Shown one piece after another: positions 1 to 11,490 of a stretch of DNA of 64,000 nucleotides. The DNA comes from Octopus sinensis (lineage: Eukaryota), in contig NC_042999.1 in NCBI RefSeq assembly GCF_006345805.1, positions 125,612,001-125,676,000 of the forward strand, in the 5' to 3' direction. The notes under the pieces were generated by a model. It did not search any database and had not been told where the DNA came from. It worked only from the letters and a program-made list of their open reading frames with translations. The translations under genes and the position numbers were made by a program. Every line of letters begins with the position of its first letter. The stretch's first letter is position 1.

Positions 1-908
1 ATCATTTTGGAAGTTATTTGCTGTCAGTATATCATCATAGGGTTTTAAGTTAAAATTAACATAATTTTGAAAATCTTTAAAAACTATTTCAATGAATAAA
101 AATATGCCTTGCTTGGAAGGAGGAAACAAATATCTTACTGAGGTATGAAATTTATTAGATTTCAAAAATATTTTTCTGAGAGTTTACAGGAAAGTTTTAT
201 AGTAAAAAAGTTATGTAATGAATATAATGAAGTGTGAAGGAAATGGTTTTGATCCGGGATTGAAGTTTTGCTATTACCTTCTGACCTTAAAAGGCTAAAT
301 CTATTCTTTTAAAGTTGAGTTTTTCCTATTTTTCTGATTCTTTGAACTTCTTAAATATGTCTGCAAGTCAACATGTGTAAAGCAATAATGATTTGGTATG
401 CAGTGGTCATTGTGGAGACTGCAATGCTGCACTATTAAATTGTGGATTATAAAGAAGCAGTCCATTTTTTTTCCCCCCCTGTGAACCTCTTAAATGTGGC
501 TGTTTGTCATTCAAGATACAAACATCCCGATGTTTTGATTATCTAAAACTACATTATTACAATATGTACTTTCTATTTTAAGGGCATAGGACTTGATTTA
601 ATAGATATTTGACAGTTATTTCCATTACCAACTGACTAATGTGGGGGAACCTATTATTAGTTCATAGACCCTATAACTGCTATTCAGTTTAAGGGTTTGA
701 CAAACTATCCCTACTGTCAAAATATACTGTTGCTACAAAATTTACACAAAAAAGAAAAATTAGTATCAAATGCTAGAGAAAGATAAAAAAATATATATAT
801 TTTAAATTTTTTTCTCATAAAAGTTTAATAAACATATACTCTACTAAAAGTATTGAATAATCCTTCAGTCTAACATTAGATCATTTTTATATATAATTTG
901 ATATAAAA

Positions 909-913
<5 letters not shown>

Positions 914-957
<44 letters not shown>
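914..957. repeat. (TA)n microsatellite
   Basis: Perfect dinucleotide run. Confidence 0.95.
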
Positions 958-960
<3 letters not shown>

Positions 961-2108
961 ATAAAGGAAGGCTTTGTTTGCATGACGGTTTAGTTGAATA
1001 GCAGTTTATACTTAATAAAACTAAGAGGTTGATAGGAGGAAAATGTTTGCTACAGGTATTGCACCCTACATTATTCAAGATTAATAAAATTTCCGAAGTG
1101 ACCAATGTTGAATAATGCCACTACATGCCAATTATAGTTGTTATACATGCCTTGATTGACATACATATTTAAGGGCTTCAGTAGAGTAAGAAAAGAAAAA
1201 GATTTCTCCAATGCAAAATTTTGTTTCCAACTTTTCATTAAAAAATAATTTAAATCTTATTAAAATTTATAAATTAAAAGGATTTCAATATCTAATAATA
1301 ACTTGCACAAAAACCAGTATATTTTATACATGAAACAAAACGTTCAGTGCTGATATTTATAATAAAACAAAATAAACTTGAAAGTCCTGTTTTAATTAAA
1401 AAAAAAAAAAAACAACAACAAAAAAACTCATCTTAATAGATTAGTATTTATAATATAAATTAAGTGATAAATGTAGAAATAAAGATACAATTTAATGAAT
1501 ACATCTCATTACTAATGAAGAGAAATATAGGATTTTTTCCCCACTGATGTTCATGAAGTTTTTAACTGATTAACTTAGCTTTGCAAAATATTTTATGGAA
1601 ATGATATTAAATACATTATTGTACACATCCACATGATCTGTACAAAGGTGTGTGTGTGTGTACATGTACGAGACCAAAGTTTCTTTCGATTAGTTTTTCA
1701 CTTTGTAAATTTCATACAATTTCTATAGGAGTAAACATAAACAAATTTGCTATGAGAGTAAATTAGCTTTATTATTTTACAAATACAATAACTGGCTAAT
1801 GATTGATTAATAAAAAGTAATGCAAGTACATAGGATCAAAAGAAAATTAAATAGTTTATGAAGAATAAAGGAATGTTTGAGAAAACTGTTAGATGTCACT
1901 AATGTAATATATGAATGCTTCCTCATGGAAGTTATACCTTACATGATACTACAAGTAAGAACAGGTGATCCATTAACTCATTTATCCACATGCTTGAAAA
2001 TGAACTTATGGCATGGAATGATTTGCATGTAACTTGAAAAACTTCTATATGATCACTCAAAGAGTAACGAAGAGTGGTCAAATTGCTCTAAATCCCAAAC
2101 CTACTGTC

Positions 2109-2336
2109 TTAACCCTTTAGTATTTAAACCGGCCATATCCGGCCAAAAGTATTCTACCTGTTTTATGTTCAAACTGGCCAGATCCAGGCTCTCACACCTA
2201 CCCTACAATGTTATTCTACATTAAGTAATTACACCATCAAGATCTTGAAGATATGAGATAATGCATGATTAATTCGAATCAATGGGAATCAATAGGCATT
2301 ATGTTTGATAGAATAATCTGAACACTAAAGGGTTAA
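2109..2336 (-). mobile_element. piggyBac-like MITE (~220 bp), TTAA-flanked
   Basis: TTAA-CCCTTTAG...CTAAAGGG-TTAA termini; homologous to the copies at 17853, 46990, 52264 and 52869. Confidence 0.8.
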
Positions 2337-4237
2337 AATGGAAAGATGCATTGGAAAATGTCCCTAGTTACATTATGTAAGAAAAAAGGAAAAAAAAACA
2401 AACAAAACTAAATGTTCATGGATTGAGCACCTTTGATCATAGGTCTGCTGGATCAAAGCTGACCTGAGGTTAAACAACAGCAACTAGCATAACACTGTCT
2501 TAACTATGAAAATACTAGTATAGTAAACTTAACAACAAAAAACAATAAAAGTTGAACTGTTAATTACAGCAGAAACTATGTTCTATTTGAATCTGCTCCA
2601 TATACTTCAATTGCTCTATTAACATTAGTTATAATTTTAAATATCCTTCACTGCTTTGAGCAGCCTCATGATTTGACTTCAGCATAGATTTTTTTGTACT
2701 TTCTAATCCCATTTTAATGAGCCAATTACACTTCCACCTGACTGCAACAACTAGGTAGCAATAATTACAAAGAAAGAAAAAAAAAAGCTTTTTTTTTATG
2801 GAATTGGAATTACTTCACAAATAATTCTGAAACTTTAAGCAGTAAGCACTAACTTATTCTTGTACACACACACACACACAATATCAAAATAAACTTTGGT
2901 ATTGCAGTCAATATATATTATATAATATTCACGTAATGTAAAATGTGAATGTGTGAGCATATGTGTTTGAGAGAATGCTTTGTTTTCAAATAGCTTACGT
3001 CAATATAACTAATACACCTGTTACCTATGAGAAGATTAAACAGAAGGTGAAAGTTACCATCACCAAATATTAAAATGAACCATTAAACAACAAGATGTGA
3101 ATAACTGCAGAAAAATAGACATCTCTATATTACCAGAAGTTAAAACATCAGTATTGTTTGTAACTTACGGGAGTCAGAAATTACTTTGAGAAAAGTAAGC
3201 ATTAGTTAAATTACTTGGTCTCTATAAAAAACTTTATCAACTTGAAAAATGGCAAAATTAGAAAACATCAACAGTAAGAATTAAACTTATCAATCAGAAG
3301 CAACAGATTTGTTTTTTAATATTAACTTTTTATTTCTATTTTAGAGTCACAATGAATGATTAAACAACACTGCTTAAATAATTTGTGAAGTTGCCATTTA
3401 CTATATTTCTAAACTCTAGAAGGCAGGCTTCTAAATTTATTTCAATTTAAAAATCTAACATCAAATGATGTTAGAGCTACTAAGATTACATAAATTATTA
3501 GATCTAATGAATACAATTAACTCTGCCATATATCAGCATTAGTTAAAATGTCCACCTTTCTATACTAAAAAATATTTTTGTGATGGAACATTAAGAACAT
3601 AACCAAAAAGAATTTGAATTGCTGTAAGGAGTAGTAGAGTATGAAGTAAATTAACTCATATCTTGAGGGTAGCAGTGAAATTTTCCACACTCCTTAATTG
3701 CTTTATTCATTTTTATAAATATGAAAGTGGAATCTACCTATTAAAAACAAAGATTGAAAAAATTTACTAACTAGATTCAGCAGTGCATTACTGCTATATT
3801 CTCAAAACTGTTCATTCTAAACATTGACATATCTCTAATGTTCAAATTGGAATTATACTGATTAAAATAATTTTTCTACCAACCAAAGACAGATTAAAGA
3901 AATTTATGGTACTTTATTTCTTTTACATTTTTCTTGAAATATTAAAAAAAAAAAGGTACTTCTGGTAATATAGACACATACTGCAAATATAAGAATGTGA
4001 AGTTAGGAAGGAATCAGTTGAGAAAAAAAAGCTATTTTCCCAAATTACTCAGATATTAATTACTGAGCAAAAGCCATCAATGTAAGGGGGGAAAAAGGAA
4101 AAAAAAAAATACAAGAAATCATGCTCAGAATGTTTTTTTTTAATAACTTGTTTTAAGGTGCACAACCTTATATTCACAAATCTGCATTTTTCTTGATTTT
4201 TTTTTATAAACATTAAAATAACTAACCAAGTTCCTAC

Positions 4238-4249
4238 CTCCAAATCATC
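4238..4249 (-). CDS. AP1G1: Candidate 12-nt AP1G1 microexon (DDLE)
   Basis: catcttttgtgtattctgcag|GATGATTTGGAG|gtaggaac; phase 0-0, located right after the HFRK exon. Confidence 0.55.
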
Positions 4250-4875
4250 CTGCAGAATACACAAAAGATGTCAAACATAAAATCAGTTAAGTCAATAAGA
4301 AATAGGTCAAATAAAGCCACTTTATATTTAAAAAAAAAAAAAATGAAATGATACAATTTAATGTGAAACCCCCCCCCCCTTCCTTCTAAAAGAAAAAAAA
4401 ACAAACCCATTTGTTTGAAGTTCTGTATAAAAAAATTCATTGTCAGTCCAGCTGTATGTGCTTTTAAAGAGTATAACATAAAAAATGGGGGGAGCCAAAA
4501 AATTTAAGCAACTTACAAACACACCGAAAATAAAAATTAGAAAAACCTGTTTATATCTTACAATGTGAAATGATAAACAAATTGATAGATCTGCATAAAG
4601 CAAATTGTATAATGGTAAGGAATGATATTCGAGTTGTTTGTGATAAGCAATATCCATAGCTAACTTGAGATTTCAGTTTGTTGGATCAAACAGAAGAAAT
4701 TAATTGTGAATGATAATGTTGAAATTAAAAGACTTCTACAAAAATAATCATGTAACTTTAAAACAAAAGGGGGGGGGGCAAAATCCATTGTAGTACCAGG
4801 ATACTTGTAAGAGTTGATTTCCAAACATTGGTATATTGAGATCATACTATAACATTAATCTATCAGACTACGTAA

Positions 4876-5670
4876 TAGTAATAATCCTTTCTACGAAAGG
4901 CACAAGGCTTGAAATTTTGGCAGAGAGGATCAACCAATTACATCAAACCCAGTGTTTCACTGGTACTTAATTTATTGACCCCCGAAAGGATGAAAGGCAG
5001 AATTTGAACTCAGAACATAGCAATGGGTGGAAAACCACTAATCATTTCGTCCAGCATACTAACGATTGTGCCAGCTCGATGCCTTAGCTTCAAATTTTGG
5101 CACATGGCCAGATCAACCCGAGTGTTCAACTTGTATTTATTTTACCAACCCTGAAAGGATGAAAGGCAAAGTTGACTTTGGCTGAATTTTAACTCAGAAT
5201 GTAACATGTCAGTAGAAATATCACAAAGCATTTTTTCTGATGATCTAATGAGTTTGTTCGCTTGCTACTTTAAATAATAATAACAATGGTTTCTAATCTA
5301 GCCACAAGGACAGCAATGTTGAGGGGAGAGGATTAGTCAATACCAATAACCCAAGTATTGGTCCTGTATAAATGAAAGGCAATGTTGACCATAGCCAGAT
5401 TTGAACTGAGAACATATAGAACTGGAATAAATAACACAAGGCATTTGTTTTATAATGTCTAATTTAGAGACAAGGCCAACAATTTTGAAAGAAGGTTAAT
5501 CAACACCATTAATCACAATGCTTGACTGGTATGTATTTAATCAATCTTGAAAGGATAAAAGGCAAAGTTGGCCTTCTGTCCTTTTGGGGTAGATAAAGTA
5601 CGAAGATTGATGGAATCAACTAACCCCTCCCTTTAAAACTGTTGGTCTTGTGTCTTATTTAGAAATAATA
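4876..5670 (-). mobile_element. Tandem cluster of 4-5 decayed tRNA-derived SINE copies
   Basis: Repeated cores 'ggtacttaatttattgacccccgaaaggatgaaaggc...atttgaactcagaac' and 'aaggcacaaggc...aaattttgg', all in the same orientation. Confidence 0.75.
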
Positions 5671-8600
5671 ATAATATCGAACCATGTAAGTTAAAGAGAA
5701 AGTACTTAATATCTTTATCATACACAAACACAAGTAATTAATTATACAACTTATCCATTAATGAAGAGTCTGTACAATGATGGATATTGCTTTGATTTTA
5801 GTTTTGAAATTTAGAAACACACAAGAAAAGTCTAGTTTTTAAACTGATTGTTAATATCTGCATACAATTTCAAAAACAAAAACATTAGTTATAAAGCCAA
5901 TTTTAAAATAAATCTTTAGTTTCTAAAGCTAAAAAAAAAAAGAAAAAAAGGTATCATGATGGTGTCTCAGTATGGCTACAGTTAGTATAAAAGAATAAAG
6001 AATGATCTGAAGAATTTCAGAGTGCCAATATTTTTCATAGATTGAGTATAAAATAAGTTGCAATGTCATGCAGAGTCTAAGTGCAGCGGATCATTAATTA
6101 TATTTATTTTAGAAAAGAACCATTAAATCAAACTATATGTTCAAAGGACATTTTAATTGGGCTATTTAACATCATAATCTATTCAAAATAGCAACATCTT
6201 TTAGAGTATAAGAGGCTAGACTACAATTTATTTTTTTAGAATATTTTATTCCAGATCTTTTTCTAACATTTTAGAGTAATTTTTCTGCTGGAGTAATCAA
6301 ATTCAAACTTATTTTATATCATCACAGTCAGTGAGGAATGTCATTGGTTACAGGTTTCCAATAGGTCAATGTATGTTCACTATATTTCTCACAGTAAGAG
6401 TGACAAGGGAGTGTTTGTAACTCAGTGCAAAATAAATATTGGAAAGGACTTTGAAGAACATCATTTTTATAATTTTCTCTCTGATGTTTATGCCATTTGT
6501 TTATATATGTTGGTAAAAAATACATACATTCATGTATATATGTACATGTATGTAAATACATATATGTTAGTCTTCTGCACAATTTCAATCTAAATTCCAG
6601 TTGCAATCTGAGCTTATGATATAAGACACTTGCTCAAGATGCTGGGTAGTGTGACAAAACTGGAACAGCATGGTTGCAAAGTGAACTTTCTTCATACAGC
6701 CATACCTGTCCTCAACTGAACATTTTTCTGTAACTATTAAACTGTTGATGTTACTTATCTTTTACCAGACAAAATGTCACAGCAACAGTCTAAAACATAA
6801 CAAATTAAAAAGAAAAAAATAAACAAATGCAAACTGACAAAATATAAACCTAACAACAACAATAACACACTGAGAATTTGATACATATTTTCCTCCATAA
6901 ATTTCAAAAAAAAAAAAAAAAGAAAAAGAAAGAAAGAAACTGATAAGTAGCATGAATAAACGATTATTCAAGTGTTGAAATTGTGCTAATGTCAAATTTT
7001 ATTTTAATATCTTGAGAATATTAATCAAAGCACATATATATGTCTTTAATAAGGACATTAATGAGCAAAATTATTTTAATATGATGCAGCAAATACAGAA
7101 AATATACACTGTTATGGGAAAATTTTAACCTTTAATGATAGAATGCAATAAAGATGGAAAGTGTAAACAGAACCACCTAGTTGATACCGTCTATTTAAAA
7201 GTGGCAGTGAAATCAATACAACTTATATATATATATATATCACAAAAGCGCAAGACTACCTAGTCTATATTTACTAGTAAAGCAGGTGATTAATAGACTG
7301 TCGACACAGGTGAGTTCCTACTAATTTAAACAGCAGTTAGTAGTTATGGATTTGCTTATGTATAAAATGTAATTATAAATTTGTGCTAAAGTTGCAGTTA
7401 CTGCTAAACATTTGTATATCAAAAGTTTAAATCAATATTCAAAACTTTTAATTTTGTTTTTCATAATAGTCATACATAGGGAAAACTTTATTTAAAAAAA
7501 TGTAATATTAACAGGCTTTCTAATAAATATTTCAATTGTAACCAATGCAAAGACATGCTGTTAGATATAGTCAAACAAAAAAACAGTGATGCACACACAC
7601 ACACAAACACACACACACACAGAATTAAGATTACAAATAAGAGAAATTTAGGCAAGCTTAAAAAGAGGGTTAGTATTTCAACAAATAAATTTGAAGGTAA
7701 TAAACTAATGAAGCTCAATGTAGGTATATTAAACCTCCACAGAATAACTTTAGAATGACATACATGAGCAATTCCACAATAAACTAGAGATGAGAATAAG
7801 TTATAATTGTCAGTCTATAGATGTAAATGTCCAACATGGATAATATAATCAATGCTTATTAAAATGCATATTCAAGCATCTTAAAAGTAAATCTATATGG
7901 TATTTTGAATCAGCACTGCTGGTCCTTAAACAGTGATTTTGTCATACTATTCATCTTTTAAAATGTAACATACATGTTTGATACCATTTAGTATAAATTT
8001 AATTCCCAGTTCATGTTTGTCATTGAATTCTGTCTATTATAATTTCATAAAGATAGCAACTGAAATCATCAAGTCAGAAATTGACCTTTACTATATGGGT
8101 ACATGTAGAAATGGTTAAGCCAAAATAAACTGTAATGTATTTGGTACTTCATTCTATTTATAACATTTTAAGCAAGAGTATTGAGGCCTCTGTATGTGAT
8201 GTTGATGTGGACATTTTGTATTGTAAGCAACCACATATTTTGGTAAATGTTGATCATCTCTTGAATTTGCTCAGTAACTATTTTTTTCCTGTACAGAAAA
8301 GGTTTTGTACTTCTGTATTTATTTTTTAGATTTTCTACTTGAACATTATTAGTATATTAATTAGAAGCAACAGGTTAATAACAGTAAACAGAAAAGTATT
8401 ATAAAATCAAGAAATGAAACACTACAGCAAATGGACTATAACAAATTACATTATAAAACAGGTACACACATTTTAAATAAAAAATTCTGTCAAAAAAGAA
8501 ACACCATTTCTTTTATCCCCCTATTGTTAGGAATAGGGTGATAAATGAATGGTAGGTCATTTATTTTAAGTCCCTGCTGACACAAATTTAAGGCCCAATT

Positions 8601-8901
8601 CTCAGGTCTGAAAATCTTTAAACATAGTACATCACTGGAAGTTCAATACTGTTGTGCAAACAAACTAATTTTGAATATTTTGTATTTCTATTAACATAAA
8701 TGAGCAAACTATATCTGCTGTTATGCCAAATATATTTGCTGTAACATCCATATATATATATATATATGTATCATGTATATATAAGGAGAGAGCATTCCCC
8801 CCCTAAAACAAAGTATAGGGTATCAAATAAATGGACATATTTAAGACTTACCTCAAAACTATGGGGGAGGGGGAGTGTTTAAGTATATTAACAGCACTTA
8901 C

Positions 8902-8978
8902 CTTTCTAAAATGAAGCAGTGTGTCTGGACTCTTTTCACACATTTCTGTGATTAGGCAGACAGCTGTCAATAACACAC
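8902..8978 (-). CDS. AP1G1: AP1G1 coding exon (77 nt)
   Basis: (G)VLLTAVCLITEMCEKSPDTLLHFRK. Acceptor atttcag, donor AAG|gtaagt. The five exons total 642 nt = 214 codons. I did not find the next constitutive exon (LVPQLVRILKNL-like) in 1-8900, so it probably lies beyond the window. Confidence 0.96.
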
Positions 8979-9959
8979 CTGAAATTGTACAAATAGTTTT
9001 ATTCCCAGTAAAAATATATGAACAATTGAAATCTTATAATCATTGAATAAACTTGCCAGTAAACTTCTACAATGACCATCTTTGTCACGATGCATGAAAA
9101 AGGTAAGCATTTTAAATGAAATTTTCAATAATAGTAGATCTTAAAAGAAAATAACATTTAAAAAGAAAGAACAAATTGAATAGTTTTATCTTTTGGCATT
9201 CTTGTTGGCAAAGTTAGAACAGCTTAGGGTCCAACTTTGAGTCCTATCAATTTAATAAATATTTTTTTTAATAAATACTTTTTGTCATAGTGTCTTTCTA
9301 TATGAGAGGTTCATATATCAGAGTAGTTGCTATTATGAGATAAAGGATATATACACAAAATGAAGAAGAGCCTTAAGTCATTAACAATAATGTCATTGTT
9401 GCTAGTGGTCAGCCCAAAGTGATGTACCCAAGGAAGATGTTTGATTGTAAAACACCAGCTATCAAAAGCTGGTATATCATAAGAAATGACTAAACACAAT
9501 TGCAAAAGTCACTTGTGTGATCTTTCATAAACAGATAATGAAATTAGCCCAATTAATTTTGGGTAAAGAAATGGATTTAGAAATGTTTATGTCTTTCCTA
9601 AGAATATTCATAAATGAAATGAAATAACCACAGCTAGGAATAAAAACTACATTTGCAACTGCTGTCTGTTTATTCTACATCAAAAGCCAGATATACTCAA
9701 CAATATTGAGAATTTCAGCAGACATGTGTATTGGTAACATTTAAAGAAGACATTTATGAACAAGAGACTTCTACTTTAGATTTTCAATTAATATAAATTT
9801 TTTTAATAACATTATACAAGGATGAATTATATAGTATTAAGTTAAGTAACATTATAGTTCAATAGATTCAATAAGTTGTAGTTGCAAAATGATTAGTGTT
9901 GAGTTTGGATTATCTATGCAAACCTTATATGGTGGCCCTTAGAAGTACAAACTTCTGCA

Positions 9960-11010
9960 ATGTGAGGTGTTCTGGATTGCAGAGTAGAGTGTCAGTATGA
10001 ATGAGGACATCATCAGTGAAAAGTGCATACATAATAATCAGGCTTACCCTCACTGACACTGAGGAGGAGACATTGAAATACCACTAAGAAAGATTGTTGA
10101 ATGAAGAGAATGCATGGGAAAGAAAAGGACTACCCACCAGCAAACCCAACAGAGTTGCCAGTTACTGGAATTGACAAAAATATAGTTAAGCTGGACATTA
10201 TGAATATAAAGGAAGGGAAGGCTGCTGGAAATATCTGATAAAATGTGACAGTTGCAAGTCAATTAGTCAGTCTGGTAATACAGGATGGGGTCATCTGCAA
10301 TAACTGGTGTAACAGTATGACCAGAAAGAAGCAATTATAGGGGTATCAAACTGATAGATTAAGTGAGTGAAAGTAACAAAACAAGTGGTAGTACAACTAA
10401 TTATGAAGAAACTTAAGGGATGAGGTGTAGTTCCAATCTCTGTTAACAGGTTATCACTGATGCCCTTTTCCTAATGACACAATTAGGGTCTTATGAAAGC
10501 ATAGTAGCCAGAGTAAGAATGAGGTGGAAAAGTTTAGGGCCCCTGTTATCTCAAATGGCAACAAATACATTCTCTCCCACAATGAAGGGTAGATTGTAGG
10601 ATACTTATATATAATGTGATGTTACACACTAGCAAAACATGTGTACTGAATGCAGTGGAGTGTGAATGTTGGAAATAAATAAGGTGAGCATGCTCTGTTC
10701 AATGTATAATGTTAGTGTGGATGAAGAACACAAATGAGCTGAGAGAAAATTCTTGAATGAAAGGAATTAGATGTAGTGTGAAGAAAATACTGAGCTGATA
10801 CAGATGTGTGATATATATGAAGAAATACATCTGTGAAAAGAAGTGCCTATCAATCCAAGAGGAAGGAACTTGTAGCAGAAGACCAATGAAGACATTAGAT
10901 GTAGAGGTGAAAATTGATTTCATGAAGCTAAATCTCTTGAAGAAGATGACAAAAGACTGCAACAAACAATGTAATGCTATGCTGGAGAAGCCCACTCAAC
11001 TAATGTAAGC
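9960..11010 (+). mobile_element. Decayed RTE-clade LINE with internal deletions
   Basis: Broken frames read ..KYH*ERLLNEENAWE.., ..RSNYRGIKLID.., ..RVRMRWK.. and ..EGTCSRRPMKTLDVEVKIDFMKLNL.., all RTE ORF-like; many stops. Confidence 0.65.
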
Positions 11011-11165
11011 TTTGGGGAAAAAATGTAAAAAGATGATGATAATTGGTATAAGGGAGAATATTTATTTTAGAACAATTTGATTAAGACATCTAGAATATCT
11101 GACTTTGCAGAACCAGCTAACTTATATGTTAGTAGCAAAACATTTTGGGAGAGAGTGATGGACAG

Positions 11166-11490
11166 ATCATCATCATCATCATCATTATCGTTTAACATCC
11201 GCTTTCCATGCTAGCATGGGTTGGACGGTTCAACTGGGGTCTGGCAAGCCCGAAGGCTGCACCAGGCCAGTCAGATCTGGCAGTGTTTCTACAGCTGGAT
11301 GCCCTTCCTAACACCAACCACTCCGAGAGTGTAGTGGGTGATTTTATGTGCCACCGACACAGGTGCCAGACAAGGCTGGCAGACAGCCACGCTCGGATGG
11401 TGTTTTTTATGTGACACCGACACAGGTGCCAGACGAGGCTGGCAGACGGCCACGCTCGGATGGTGTTTTTTATGTTCCACCGACACAGGA
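11166..11490 (-). mobile_element. RTE-type 3' UTR/SINE tail with a (GAT)n end and ~61-bp tandem repeats
   Basis: (ATC)n followed by gtttaacatccgctttccatgctagcatgggttggacgg...ctggatgcccttcctaac; reverse complement of the tail at 21700-21847. Confidence 0.75.

Noticed and set aside
6706-6727. Possible small exon on the minus strand with a CAG|gtatgg donor
   Set aside because: The two possible acceptors give 10 or 22 nt, so neither preserves the frame, and the pyrimidine tract is poor.
9060-9102. Plus-strand exon-like segment (ttgccag|...ATGACCATC...AAG|gtaagc)
   Set aside because: No partner exons or recognisable protein on the plus strand; isolated splice-like motifs are expected by chance in 64 kb.
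9405-9485. Minus-strand C/D snoRNA-like segment (ATGATA...hairpin...CTGA)
   Set aside because: The C box is imperfect, there is no terminal stem, and I could not match the guide region to rRNA.
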